A DNA stretch of 64,000 nt from Toensbergia leucococca (taxonomy: Eukaryota), in assembly GCA_022813965.1 (NCBI GenBank), contig JALDZS010000010.1:124001-188000 (forward strand), read 5' to 3'. Each line of letters opens with the position of its first letter. Positions within the stretch are counted from its first letter, which is position 1. Under the pieces are notes generated by a model, which worked only from the letters and a program-made list of their open reading frames with translations, ran no database searches and had not been told where the DNA came from. Of the stretch, positions 1 to 13,791 are shown piece by piece. The position numbers and the translations under genes are program-made.

Positions 1-1688
1 GGACAAAGACAATCAACATTCGGATCAAAATAAAAGATTAAGCTTAATGCGAGTGAGCGAAGAAGATAACTGACCGAGCCCGACATGTCGAATCCTAGCT
101 GCTTGAGCTGGTCTTTGAAGGCCTGCTCGGCAATGTCGTGGAGTTTGTCAAGAGAGACGCTGGCACTGGCACGGCAAAGAGAGATACAAGTACGTTGAAC
201 ATTCAAGACGGCGGTGTAGAGGTCCTTCTGCGCAGGGGTGAAGACACCATTGATGGGCCAGGTGCGGGTGATGTCGGTTATGTATCCTCCGTACTCCTGT
301 TGGTTCATATTTCAGTAAGGTGAGTAATCGTAAATTTTAGGGTATGTGGTCAAATACTCCGCCCGCGTCTACCAGTACGAATCCTCCATTTCTAACGGAG
401 CTTAGCTTCTGTCCTTCCAGTAAAGTGGTGATAATTACGCACCGTAACAAGTCATCATTCCGCGTGTAGTGTATCATAAGCGCATTCTGACTTTCATTAG
501 CTACTTGATCATCGCTGTGGAGATCCCTGTTCACACCTTGGCGCCGGCTATTACTGGAATATACGCGGAGCCGTCGCAACCGTGCATCTTGAACTTGTGG
601 TCCAGAAATGCCCCTAGATCCTTTTCCCGCGTCCATACGTGCCGCATAGCCTCTGTGAATGCTCTTCCAGACGCCTGCCCAGCTTTACGCATGTTGTTGA
701 TTTCAGCATCGCTTTTCAAGACTCGAAGGCCGTTGAGTACAGGCTTGAGTGGTTGGACTTTGCTTGATTCTAGAATTTTGGCAAAACCTTCTGCTCTTGA
801 CGAAGGACTCGAGAAAAAACGGGAGAAGGTAGACGTAGCCCCAGGTTTAATGGGGACGTCGGTGTAGACCTGGGACGCGGCAGCGACAACTGGGGAAAGG
901 AGGGTCTGGAGTTGATTGATGTCTCCTGTCTACATACTCAGATCCGAGCACATTAATTCTTCTGGGGAGAAGGGCAAAACCAACCTCATCCGCGTTGAAG
1001 ACGTCAATGGCTCCCTGTGTGCCCGATCTTGCGCCTTCCCACTGCTCTGCCTTTGGATCTTTGGGCCGCACAAACAGATGAAATACATGATCTCCATCGT
1101 CTGTGCATTTCCCTGCTCCTGATAAGCCCATAAACTCTGGAGTTCTCATTCATGCTGGGGAGTACCTATGACCGCAACTGCGTCGGGCTCATTAAAGCCT
1201 GCAGACTCTCAGCTTCATGCCCTAATTCCCCTGCACTACCCTGACCAGACCTGTGAGATAGAAGAAACTCGAATCCTGGTGAAATTCGTAGAAGACAGCC
1301 CCGGAGCGGTACTTGATATCTGAAGCAGCAATTACCGCGATAGCATTCTTGGGGAGCTTTGCTGCCAGCTTTGTACGGCGTTGAGCATATTCAATAGCAG
1401 TGATGCCTGGTGTTACTGCGTGCAGATGGACAGTCAGTAGTGTTCAATCAAGCAGTGAAAAGCAGTGAATTGACAAGCCTTACTTTCACTGGCCTTCAAA
1501 AGATGTGGATGAGTTTCATACACAGGCTGGCCGAATTGAAGCTCTGAAGCCGAAATTGAAGCGTAGGATCTAAACCGAGAAGCCCGGCAGCCAGCAACAT
1601 AAATGGATATCGTTGGCCTTAATGATACACCTAGCCTATGGCTTGTAGATCTTGAGCATTGTCGAAGAGCAAATGGACATATTTTCAT
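1..1688 (-). CDS. ICP55: Xaa-Pro aminopeptidase (M24B), mitochondrial intermediate cleaving peptidase 55-like; multi-exon, 3' end runs off the window
   Basis: ATG at 1688 with an Arg/Ser-rich presequence, then FGQPVYETHPHLL. Later exons carry FHLFVRPKDPKAEQWEGARSG, KSDAEINNMRKAGQASGRAFT, AYIPVIAG, IHYTRNDD and VLVDAGG. Several GT-AG introns. Confidence 0.85.
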
Positions 1689-1877
1689 GGTTGCACAAGT
1701 TGAGTTGTGCTCATGTTCGAGTAAACACACGTGCCTTCCGGGCTCAACGACCACCCCAATCCAGCGTCATAGCACTTGAAAAAAATTGCATCGATGGCTT
1801 TGGTCTACCTATGCTGATGAATATCAATGCTCTCAGGGTGCACACTAGGGCTGATCTACTTACCTAGAAGGACAGCC

Positions 1878-3000
1878 ATGGCCCTGACCACCTCCGCCAA
1901 CGTCGCTTCAGTCAAGCCAACCATATCCTCCGCCGACCTCGAATCTTTTTCGATTCATTTACAATCCTCCAAACGCATCTTAGCTTTACTGGGAGCAGGC
2001 TTATCAGCATCATCAGGCCTTCCTACCTTCCGGGGTGCTGGTGGTTTATGGCGAAGCCACGAAGCAATGTCATTGGCAACACCGGAAGCATTCAGCGCAG
2101 ACCCTGCTCTCGTAAGTGTTCTTCAAGTGTATATCTGGCTTTTCATCTAAGTCTTCAGGTATGGTTATTCTACAGTTATAGAAGACACATGGCATTGCAA
2201 GCAAACCCCAACAAAGCTCATATAGCACTAGCAGAGCTCGCGAAGAGAAAGAAAGATTTTGTTACATTGACGCAAAATGTTGACGGTACTTCCAACCCTT
2301 GCTGACCTGAACTTATCTGTAAAGTGCTCGCTGAACGTTCCACTTAGGGCTGAGCCAACGTGCGGGACACCCTTCCTCCAATCTTCACCTCTTGCATGGA
2401 TCACTCTTCGATGTCAGGTGTACATCCTTTTACTGCAATTTTGCGGAACAAAATAATTTTATCGACCCTATAGTACCTGCATTGGGTGTTGCCGAAGTGG
2501 GTCTGCAGCCTATGCCATCGACCACAGATAAAACAGGGGCAGAAGCCACAAATTCTTTATATGAGGCAATGAAACAACAAGGCTCGGCTAAGCAGGTATT
2601 AAGAGAGTTAGACATCTCGGACGAGAATGTTCCCATACCAGAAATCGACATCAAGGACCTTCCTCATTGTCCTGAATGTAAAGATGGGCTGCTCAGACCA
2701 GGAGTTGTGTGGTTTGGTGAGATGCTGCCCGAAAGGACCATGATTGCAGTTGATAAGTTCATTGAAGAATCCAAGAAGATTGACCTGATACTCGTTATTG
2801 GCACAAGTGCCAAGGTTTACCCTGCTGCTGGCTACGTTGATCGAGCGCGGGAAAAGGGGGCACGAGTTGCTGTGGTTAATATGGACAGGGCAGACGTCCC
2901 AGGGGGAAGAAATGGACTGATAAAAGGAGACTGGTTTTTCGAAGGTGATGCTGGCGTTATCGTGCCAGAAATGTTGAAATGCGTGATCGGCGATATTTGA
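1878..3000 (+). CDS. Sir2-family NAD-dependent protein deacylase (class III / SIRT5-CobB-like), 3 exons
   Basis: Motifs [32 protein letters not shown], a Cys-pair zinc site (CTSFYC...CPEC), [10 protein letters not shown] and [10 protein letters not shown]. Introns at about 2112-2158 and 2287-2348. Confidence 0.9.
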
Positions 3001-3451
3001 GAAGCAGTTCCAGGAAATCATCTTCTGCGGCCACATATGCTGATGGATGGCTGCTTCCTAGATCCTAGAAGATTCGTTGTTAACTCGGGATGGGGGACAT
3101 TGCGGACGGTAGGTAAGCGAGCGCTGCCAACATCGGTTCAACGGACTGTTGCATTTCAACAAACACACGGGAGCAAGGAAATCTGAAACGTGGCACTGAG
3201 CAAGTGATTGTATAGATGCTTCGGAAAACGGGAATGATGATGTGCCCATGAATGCTGACGGACATGGCTAATTGCGTGTACGGATAATGGGACTACCCGC
3301 GGGCGTTGTTGCTGCAGAACATAGGTACCTTATCCTGTGGCCCACGTTAATTGAGGATATCACTCCAGGTAGGTAGGTATGCATTTACGTTAAAGCTGTG
3401 GACTCCAGTTGAGCGAGTCTAGAATTGACTTTTATGTGCATGTTACCGAAA

Positions 3452-3470
3452 CGCGGGGTAATAGTGGGGA
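3452..3470 (+). promoter_or_regulatory. Two adjacent SYGGRG (CreA/Mig1-type carbon catabolite repression) motifs upstream of PEPCK
   Basis: GCGGGG and GTGGGG within gcggggtaatagtgggg. The motif is short, so support comes mainly from context. Confidence 0.35.
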
Positions 3471-3754
3471 TTTCGGCAAGGTACCACGGGCAACGTGACC
3501 TTCTGCCACTTGCAATTTTGTTATTGTTTTCTGCTATTCAAGTCCCTTAGGTTCCATAGCCCCAAGGAGTGAGGATGAGCATGTCCAACCTGAATGATGT
3601 GATAAAGACTCGACACGTTGCTGAGCATTTTAGACAAACCTATCCACCTAGATTCCTCCAGTGCATTTGGCCTCACAGTTGAACCCTCACAAACACGTTA
3701 AGGCTTCTAAACATCGGGCTATATCGGGTGAAAGACGACCTTCGGTACTATTCA

Positions 3755-3767
3755 CCGGTATTATCCG
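3755..3767 (+). promoter_or_regulatory. CCG-N7-CCG element (AcuK/AcuM-type gluconeogenic activator site)
   Basis: CCG GTATTAT CCG lies about 50 bp upstream of the PEPCK ATG. Confidence 0.5.
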
Positions 3768-3813
3768 TACATGCGGAGCTGATCCAAGGGCATTCATTCA
3801 TATACCTTGAACA

Positions 3814-6221
3814 ATGTCCCCGGTTAATTCAATTTCTAACATACCTCCAATTCGACCTGATCCCCCCGAGCCTCTATCCGTCGACTTTGCCCAGCAACAA
3901 GTTTCCAAGCAGCAAGGAAACAACTTCCACTCGACTTCAATCAGCACCATGGTTCCTAAGACCGTCAACAAAACTAGTCTGCATCCTGGTGGTGTTGAGT
4001 AAGTCTGTTCACTGCCCTGCTTCCTCAAAGCTGCCTCAATTTCAAGACCTGTCCTTCCATGAAGATGCTAACGATTTGTCTCATATAGGCCACAACGGGA
4101 GCATACTGAGATTGAAGAAGAACTTCATGAAATTGCTCACATCGACTATGATCGTGTTTCGATTGTGAATTGCTCCCTCCAGATCCTCTTTTCCGTCCTG
4201 AGATTAACGTCGGTTGCATAGATCGCCAATCCTTCTGTTGCAGCTTTGTACGAAGACGCATTGGTCTATGAGACAGGATCCGCAATAACCTCTACTGGCG
4301 CCCTGACTGCGTTCTCTGGGGCGAAAACTGGGCGTTCTCCACTGGACAAGCGCATCGTGAGGGAAGCGGGCTCCGAGAACGAAATCTGGTGGGGCCCAGT
4401 GAATAAACCCATGACTCCGGATGTTAGTCAACTTTTCCTTCAAGTCTTCCTTCAACTCGTCATCATTGCACGAATGAACATGCTGCGGCTTGCTTGCCTG
4501 CGTCATCGCGGGGATTCGAAAATATTTAGGATTGAATGTGGTTTTGCTTGTGCTTCTACCCTGCCTCGGCAAACGCCCCACATGTCCTTGCGATAAGGGC
4601 TGCTTATCCAACTGCATCAGACCCCTCCATCACGTGCCCCCTTTCTTCTGACCATCTACAATTTAGGTCTGGAAAATTAATCGAGAACGTGCAGTCGACT
4701 ACTTAAACACGAGAAATCGTATTTACGTCGTCGATGGCTTCGCAGGATGGGACGAGCGATACAGGATCAAAGTCCGTGTGGTGTGCGCCAGAGCCTACCA
4801 TGCTCTTTTCATGCGCAATATGCTCATTCGTCCGTCGAGGGATGAACTCAATCATTTCCACCCTGACTACACCATTTATAATGCTGGCTCTTTCCCAGCC
4901 AATCGATTCACTACAGGGATGACTTCCGCAACGTCAGTGGCCATTAATTTCGCGGATAAGGAGATGGTCATCCTAGGTACTGAGTATGCTGGCGAGATGA
5001 AGAAAGGCGTGTTTACAGTCCTGTTTTATGAGATGCCTGTCAAGCACAATGTCTTGACCCTTCATTCATCCGCGAACGAGGGCGAGAAGGGTGATGTAAC
5101 AGTCTTCTTTGGATTATCTGGCACTGGAAAGACAACATTATCCGCTGACCCGAAACGTGCTCTCATTGGTGATGATGAGCACTGCTGGAGTGATCGTGGC
5201 ATATTCAATATTGAGGGAGGGGTACGTTCATTCGATGACTCTGAGTATTACTTTCTGCTAACGATAGTAACAGTGTTATGCGAAATGTGTTGGCTTGACT
5301 GCCGAAAAGGAGCCTGATATCTTCAACGCTATCAAATTCGGCTCGATCCTCGAGAACGTGGTTTTTAGTCCTGAAACTCGATTGGTCGATTATGAAGATA
5401 CTACACTTACAGAGAACACTCGTTGGTGAGTCATTATCTTAAACCTGCAGATGTTTTCATACGCTCTAATACTTGAATAGTGCGTATCCAATCGAGTACA
5501 TAGACAACGCCAAGATTCCCTGCATATCAACGAATCACCCGTCAAATATCATCTTACTCACATGCGATGCACGAGGTGTTCTTCCACCAATTTCGAAGCT
5601 TACACGGGATCAGACCATGTATCATTTCATCTCGGGCTACACATCGAAAATGGCGGGCACAGAAGATGGTGTGACGGAGCCTCAAGCAACTTTCTCATCA
5701 TGCTTTGCTCAGCCTTTCTTGGCCTTGCACCCTAAGCGATATGCTCAGATGTTGGCTGATAAGATCGATGACCACAAGGCTAATGCGTGGCTTCTTAACA
5801 CTGGCTGGGTAGCAGCAGGCGCAACGACGGGTGGCCAACGGTGCCCGTACGGCCACAAATTCAATTTCTCTAGCAAAATTGCCCGCTAACATCTTCTAGG
5901 CTAAAGTACACTCGAGCGATCCTTGATGCCATTCATTCCGGTGAACTTGCCAAGGCCGAATATGAAACGTACGAGACTTTCAATCTCCATGTCCCCATGG
6001 AATGCAGCGGAGTTCCGTCGGAGCTCCTAAATCCAAAGAAGGGGTGGATTGGAAAGACTGACTTCAAGGAGGAGGTCACGAAACTCGGCAGTCTCTTCGT
6101 TGAGAATTTCAAGAATTACGCCGATGAAGCTCCTAAGCATGTATTCGAGGCTGGTAAGTGAACAAATATCTTCGGTCCATCTGTTATGAGCTCACATTAT
6201 GATAAAGGTCCTGAACTATAG
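3814..6221 (+). CDS. PCK1: Phosphoenolpyruvate carboxykinase (ATP), multi-exon
   Basis: Motifs [69 protein letters not shown] and [13 protein letters not shown]. Last exon ends GPEL* at 6221. Confidence 0.95.
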
Positions 6222-6612
6222 AAGAAAGCACAATTTGGCCACGGATAATCCGGATGGCGGTGGGTTGGGGTTTTCACGGAATACGGGGTATGAAAGGAGC
6301 AGTCTGTCAAGCTCGGTGTGGTGTAAAGTACCTCCTTGTACGGACAATAGTTTCCATAGGCTGTATAGCACATTAACCTCAGATATATGTATTAGAATAA
6401 CAGCACTTTGTTACTATGAATTATTTGCAGCACGGAGAGGTAATCTCGCTACGTTAGAGCAAGTATTATACGAGTACCGCTGCCGAATAGACGCGTGGGA
6501 AGATTAAATACACGCGTGGAGAGCATGCTATTAAGAATGCTCTTTCCTCTTCATGACTCGACGTAAGATGCTGTCCTTCGGCGCGTATGGGTAATGCGGT
6601 TGATGATCAATT

Positions 6613-9600
6613 ATGGAGGCTGACTGGGAAGAGGTACGTTCTAATTTGAAAAAAATTACCTTGGCTTAGATAGAGCCTTGTTAGTAGGCCGGTCCTAGAA
6701 ACATGTACAGATCATGAGAAAGAACGATTACACTGCGAATGATTTGACAATATATCAGGTCCTTTGTATTCAGGTTCCTGCATCCTTGAATAGCCCGCCA
6801 ACGCCTGCAAGTACTATAGCTTTTGATACGCAGCAGGAGCTGCTTTGGGTCGGCAATGAACTGGTGAATAGGTCGTTGAGTATACCGGATACAGAAAATT
6901 GATATGGTCATGTAGGGTCGACTTACATCTTTCTATGGTCCGGAATTACAAAGATATACCTCGATCCAAGCCCATTTAACGGGACCAATCCGACAGGTGT
7001 TATTCACCGAGACAGGAGTCATATCACTTGCCTCTCGCAGTATTCATCTGTGCTCAAGAAGAGGGCTGTCATTATGGCATATTACGTACTGATTCCGTAT
7101 TTACATTCAATTTTGACTGGCTTCTGATGGCGTTTCAATACAGACAAGATGGCATGCAAGATCTACGCTGTATGAGCTTCTTGGGCAAAGGTAGCTCGGA
7201 GATTCTTGTGGCGGGATATCAAAATGTCATGTACAAAGTTGACGTTGAGAAGGGCCGCGTTGTGCAAGAGGTATGGCAGGTACACCTGAGAATCATTGGG
7301 ACGTATTGATGTTCTGCCAGACCTTCACCGAGGAATATTATACTAAAATGAAGTATTGTCATTGGATTTGTGCAGGTACAAGTACTGGTTCTGTGAACTT
7401 CTTGGACTTGGATACTTTGCGGAAAACCAATTCCTGGAAAGCGCATGCTGCAGGAATCAATGATATGGATGCAAGAAACAACTATCTTGTAACATGTGGT
7501 TCATCCCCTCGTCCTTATGGTCCGCCAGGACTAGACTTTTTTGCGAACGTCTTCGATCTTAGGGCTATGAAACAACTGCCTCCGATACATTTCTCGGGCG
7601 CTGCAGCCTTTATTCAAATGTATTCCAAAATGTCAACTACTGGCGTAATTGCATCACATACTGGACGCATACAGGTCATTGATTTGATGAACCCTAATAC
7701 CATCAATCTTCACCAGGCTAATATAACTCATATGTTGAACTTGGTATTGGCCCCATCTGGGGAAGCTTGGGCTTTCACAGACCAAGACTGCACAATACAT
7801 CTTTTTGGCTCTCGACACAAAATGCAATTTACCGAGTATAGCAATCCAGTTGAGTTTGCAGATGAACGCGTCGCCTTGCCCATCGTCGATGTCAATTTGG
7901 ATGCGTCAGTTTTCCTGTACCTACGTTCTCTGCCTCGAGTACTAACAGGACATGGTCTGGAATTCTAGGCCACTGAGCGAAGTCGGTATGCCGTATTATC
8001 GGGAGCAACTACTTTCCGCATGGCCCAGTAACGGCTTGTATGAGGTAGGGAATTTGCTGCCTGAAATTGATGGGGATATCGAAAGTCGATTGGTTGAATT
8101 ACACACCCGTCATTTTACCTTGGACAAGGCACCCAACCCACGGAAAGTACGCAGGAACCAAGTTGATGAGAAGCGAAAGATAGAGTCGAATGGCGCGGCT
8201 TTGGTAGCGCCGAGGTTCCTCAGCGAGAAGGCTCGAGAGACCGACAGCCATATTAGCAACGAGAGACGTATCAGCGATGCTGTAGAAGCTCTTAATAATG
8301 CAGCATTGGCTGGTAGCACCAAAGCAGAAGTACCAATCATGTACAGAAATGTCGAAATTAAGTATAGCAAGTTCGGAGTGGATGACTTTGATTTCGAGTA
8401 AGTGCATCTTTCCCGCCTTGCAAAAATGGCACTCAAAGGCTGGTAGATACTACAACAAGACGCACTACTCTGGTCTAGAGACTCACATTGTCAATTCATA
8501 TACAAACCCACTACTTCAATTATTCAAATTCACTCCTCTAATTCGAAATCTCGCCTTGCAACACGCGGCAACATCTTGCTTATCAGATACATGTCTACTG
8601 TGTGAGATGGGCTTCCTGTTCGACATGTTAGACAAAGCTGGTGGTCAAAGCTGCCAAGCAACCAACTTTCTGAAGACATTCAGTAGTATTCCTGATGGTA
8701 TGAAGTCTCTCATGTGCAAAGAAGACTGCTGACCGCGTTGTGTAGCCGCAAGATGTCAATTATTGGAAGAGCATTCGCCTCCAAGCACCCTCGCGCAGAT
8801 GATACAGTCCACCACTCGCTTTTTCTTAGAACGGATCTCCGGTGACTTTAGGAGGTTTTCGTCAGACATGACGCAACTTAATCAGGTACAGGGACATATA
8901 TGGTTTTGTATCTGGAGGCTGATATAGTGGCACAGACTCTAGCTATTGATGCACTATCAAGCATACGATGCGTTCATTGTCATAATGAGACCATCCGTCC
9001 TGGAGCCACATATCTCACAGACTTAGTATACCAACCTTTGGTAAGAATTCTCTACCACAACAAAGGAGTGATTTAACATTATAGACTATCGGAGACCGAA
9101 TACGAAACGGACTGCCAACTTTCTCTCAAGTGCTCAAAGCAAGTATCGAAAGGGAGACTCAAACACGCGGCTGGTGTGACAGATGCCGCCGATACCAGCA
9201 ACTCGCCACCAGAAAAACAGTGAATGGTGTTCCCTCTGTTCTCATTATCAATACTGCCCTGAAAAGTGCCGAGGCCAGCCAGCTCTGGGCTCGACCCAAA
9301 TGGCTTCCGCAACAGATAGGTGTCATAGTAGAGGGTGGTAAGTTTTTTTGCTTTGAGGGTGAAGACCTTCGTCTGCATCTGCAAAGAAACATGCATGTCA
9401 TCACAGTTTATGAGCTCGTGGGGCTGGTAGCGGATATCAATAGCGGGGAGCATCAGAAGTCCCATCTGGTATCACTCGTCAATGGTTGGTCCATGCACGC
9501 TGTGATAGATCCATGACGCTGACAGGAAAACATAGTTGCAATATCCGAGAAAGAACCCACAGAGAAAGACCAATGGCATTTGTTCAATGACTTTCTTGTA

Positions 9601-10661
9601 AGAAAGGTCTCCGAGGACGAAGCCCTCCGTTTTGCATCCTCGTGGAAAGTCCCAGCAGTTCTTGCGTACCAAATCCAAAGCGCTAGCCACACTGTAGACG
9701 ATTCATGGAAAGACTCCTTGGACACTATGCTACTTTATCACAACTGGTCCATGAAGTAAGTAACACAAACAATCCATCTCCAGCTCCAACTAATCTTCTC
9801 GCTAGCAACCGCATTCCTCAAAACAGCCGCGCTCTACGACCGGACACCGAAGCCCCTCGCCCCGGCTCATACGTCGCAATCGACAGTGAATTCGTCGCCC
9901 TTCAACAAGAAGAAATTGAAATTAAAGCCGACGGCGACCGCGAAATCATCCGCCCCACCCGCCTCGGCCTCGCCCGCGTCTCCGTCCTTCGCGGCACCGG
10001 CCACGACGAAGGCGAGCCGTTTATAAATGATTATATCACCATCACCGACGACGTCGTCGACTACCTGACCAAATACTCGGGCCTCCAACCCGGCGACCTG
10101 GACCCTCGGTTCTCGACACATGCTCTTGTGCCCCTGAAAGTAGCATACAAGAAACTCTGGCTGCTTCTCAACCTCGGCTGCGTATTCATCGGCCACGGCC
10201 TCCCCAAAGACTTTCGCACCATCAACATCCACGTCCCCAAATCCCAGGTCGTCGACACCGTCGATCTCTTCTACATCCGCGCCCGCCAGCGCAAACTCTC
10301 CCTACGGTTCCTGGCTTGGCTTTTGCTACACGAGGATATCCAGCAGGAGACGCATGATAGTATCGAGGATGCGCGTACGGCGCTTCGGTTGTGGAGGAAG
10401 TACGAGGAGTTTGCGGATGCGGGGGTCGTGGAGGCGAAGTTGGAGGAGATTTATCGGGAGGGCAAGAAATGGGGGTATAAACCACCAGGGGAGATGAGCG
10501 GGCAGGCAACCGCGGTGCTGGGGAGGAGGGTCGGGAGGAGCATGGAGAGTGGGGGGAGAGATTCACCTGATCTGGGGGTTGGGATGGGGAGTAGGGTAGC
10601 GACTCCGGTGGGTAGGATGGCTGGAGCTGTGAGTGAGTTTTTTGAGAGCCCGTTGAGGTGA
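6613..10661 (+). CDS. PAN2: PAN2 poly(A) deadenylase catalytic subunit (WD40, pseudo-UCH, DEDD exonuclease), multi-exon
   Basis: Starts MEADWEE, then [64 protein letters not shown] and [12 protein letters not shown]. Confidence 0.95.
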
Positions 10662-12675
10662 CGTGGGCTTGTCAGATGGGAGAGAACGGGGGGAGGGGGG
10701 GGGGCTTATTTTAGTTGAGACGCTGAAGAGAGGGATTAAAGGGGATTATTAGGCTGTCAATGTAATTTTGTATCCGCTTGAACTCCGAAAACATGTTTGC
10801 AGCCCTCCCCCTTTTTTTTCGGTATTGTAGAACCAGGAACCCAATCGTTCACATTGATTCGTAGACACGAGAAAACGCCAAAATTCAGACCCCACCCCCC
10901 CTTGGGAAAGAGAATCCAGACTTCTACTGGGGGAGTTTAGGGGGGAGGGATCGGTTGGTTGTGGGGTGTTCTTTTTTGGGGGGGAGGTTTGGTTGGTTGT
11001 TTGGGGGGGGAGGGGGATGGGTTTGTATTAGTGGTGGCTTGGGTGGGTGGGCTGGTGGGGAAGGGTTTGAAGGGGAAGGTTTTTGAGGGGAAGGGTTTTT
11101 GGAGGTGAGTGAGTTGACTGATTGTGAGTATTTTTGATTTTCTGAGGAGGTTGAGTGGGATTGTGAGGCATTTTGTGATTTTATGCTGAGGTTTTTTGTG
11201 AGGGATGGGACTTTTTTTGTTGTTGTTCTTTCTTTTCTTTTTCTTACTCTTTCTGCTTACACCTATCCCCTCCTGATAAAACAAGGTTTTTCTGTTACTA
11301 TCATCCTTTTTCTTCTTCTTCTTATTCTTCTTTCCCCTCTAAGAAAGAATTAAAGAAAAAGAAAAGAATCAAACCAAATCGCACGTCCCCCCTACCTAAT
11401 CCCATTTCCCTCTTCACTTCGTCTTACACGGCTCTAACATCTCCTGCCCCCTTTCAGCGCTGGGGTGTAGGATTCAGGGGTTAGTTGCAGGCACATTTTC
11501 TTTTTTTTTGGGAGGAGGTGGGAACCTGGGGGGAGTGTGGCGAGGCGGGAGGGAGGGGGAGGTTTTGTACTTGCTGTGTTATGAGCTGAATGGCAGTGGT
11601 GTGTTTTGTGTTGATGTTGAAGAATGTCAGGGGGGGGGGCTGTTGGATACAGAAGACAATGTGATAATGAGAGTCAACTATCATCGGTGCCTCAATGAAG
11701 AAATAGTCGTTGCTTTGTCTGCTATGAATTCAAACCTCTATTCTAAGATCACCCTCATTCTCCTTTTGCATATCGTAGAATTGAAATTTGTTGTGTTAAA
11801 ATCAACTGCGAAACCTAGTTGGAGACCTTTTCTTCCAACGAGGGTATTCCGGGGCCTTCTTGTAAGTTGTGCTATAGTGAGTCCTTTGTTTTGATTGATT
11901 CGGTTCGATTTCGCTCCTGGGACTCCTGGGACTCTTGGAGCTTTGGGGGCTTTTAGATCTCTCAAAGCCATGCAACCAGCTGATAGTCTAGTCAATTACT
12001 TATCATGTCTCGTCATAGAGAGTGGGGGACCGACTTAACACCATCATGTACCATCCCCTTCGTCGTCTAAAACACCACACTCTCTACCCACATTAACTCT
12101 TCCCGGCTTCCTCTTTTTGCTAATAGGGTGTGCCTTCTTGACGGCAGAGGGAAATCTGCACTGGGGAGGGAGGTTCTTGCAAGTTGATGGGGTGTGTGAG
12201 GGAGAGCACAGCAGACGAGGTTTGAAAGGGATCTAGGGGGTTTTGGGGATGGGGAAAGTTTGATGGGCTGGGGGCTGGGGCGGGCAAGGAGCGGGGAGGC
12301 TGTGATGGAGGACGACGTCGATAGGGAAGATGGCATCTTTCGTCAGCTTCAACCTTTCTTTCGCTTTGCTGGTATCTGCGCTGGGATTTCGTGTCGGGGG
12401 GATGTGAGTCCTCTCTGGCGATTACGTGCTCGAGGAGTGTAAGGCGTTGACACTGAAGAAAAGGACCAAATTCGATTCCTCTGCGCCGCGAATTGGGGTA
12501 TAAGTCTTAAGAATGACCAAACTCAAAACGGCTCTGTTTTGGAATCTTCCTTTTCGTCATAAATAGCGAGTTCTCAATCCAACGAAATGGTAAGCAAGTG
12601 ATTGTGATTGTGAGTTGCCTCCACTGTTTATTGCATTTTCAAATGTCTCCTCCGTGTTGATTGCTCAATCATTAT

Positions 12676-13389
12676 TCAATCGCTGGCTCGGTACCTCGCC
12701 TTGTACTTTTCAAGCCTCTCTAGGTCGTCCTCACTACCCATACTTTTCAATCCGTCTATCAGATCGTCCAGGGTGAGAATGTTAAGGACAGGAACCCCAT
12801 ACTTTCTCCTTACTTCTCCAATGGCACTCGGTCTTGGCTTTCCATCATCATCATCGCTGCTCGGCATCTTCTCCATGCGATCTACGGCGACAACAATACC
12901 AACCAGCTCACCCCCTTCTCTACGTATGATCTCAATGGCATCTCGAATTGCTGTCCCCGCAGTAATAACATCATCCACAATCATCACCTTCTTCCCCTTC
13001 AAAGGCGCTCCTACAATGTTCCCCCCCTCACCATGATCTTTTGCCACTTTCCTGTTAAAGCTGTAGCTAACCCCGTTGAATTTCTCTGGGTCGAGTTCAG
13101 CAAGCTTGTCAACGGTTGCAGTCGCGAGCGGGATCCCTTTATATGCCGGACCGAACAGTACGTCGATCTGTATTGGAGTGTGTGATACGTAGTCAAGAAT
13201 AGACTGTGCGTAAGCGGTCGAAATTGAGCGAAGAAGATCAGCGCGATGGAAGAGGCCAGCGTTGAAGAAGTATGGCGATTGTCGGCCAGAATTGAGAGTG
13301 AAGGTGCCGAACTTCAATACCGAGGCAGTAAGACAGGTCTGTAGGAAGGCAGATTTATAGGCCGGAATTGGAGTAGTCGAGGGGTCCAT
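12676..13389 (-). CDS. URA5: Orotate phosphoribosyltransferase
   Basis: Intronless 237 aa with [36 protein letters not shown] and the PRPP motif [11 protein letters not shown]. Confidence 0.97.
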   Translation of the reverse strand: MDPSTTPIPAYKSAFLQTCLTASVLKFGTFTLNSGRQSPYFFNAGLFHRADLLRSISTAYAQSILDYVSHTPIQIDVLFGPAYKGIPLATATVDKLAELDPEKFNGVSYSFNRKVAKDHGEGGNIVGAPLKGKKVMIVDDVITAGTAIRDAIEIIRREGGELVGIVVAVDRMEKMPSSDDDDGKPRPSAIGEVRRKYGVPVLNILTLDDLIDGLKSMGSEDDLERLEKYKARYRASD

Positions 13390-13791
13390 GGCGTGATAAT
13401 CAAGGAGAGCTGCTGAATCTCATCTTATCGAATTTAGTGGGCACGTGGGGTACAGCTCTTTGAGTCGTTCCTCGCCTCCTCGCTTGCCTCAGTTAGGCCC
13501 AGTGGCCCTTGGCCCACAAGTGCGTGTGCTTACTACGTGCACTTGACGACTCTCCGTCATTCCGTAAGCTTGGCCACCAAGTCTGAGGGCTTGAGGCAAT
13601 TGTGAGGCTGAATAGGTACTACGTTACTAACTCCTTCTGGCTAACGCTTAGCCTGACGGCCAGAGAGAAAGACTTAGATGCATATCATATCCTGCGCACC
13701 GCTTTGCGCCCTACTTCTTGTGATTGACTCCGGATAACTTGGGGATTTTGATACAGGAGAGCAACTCCCTAGCACTCTACAAGAAATAGCC

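Noticed and set aside
10680..12440. Several 60-130 aa ORFs rich in P/K/T or G
   Set aside because: They arise from low-complexity G- and T-rich tracts and show no domain motifs.
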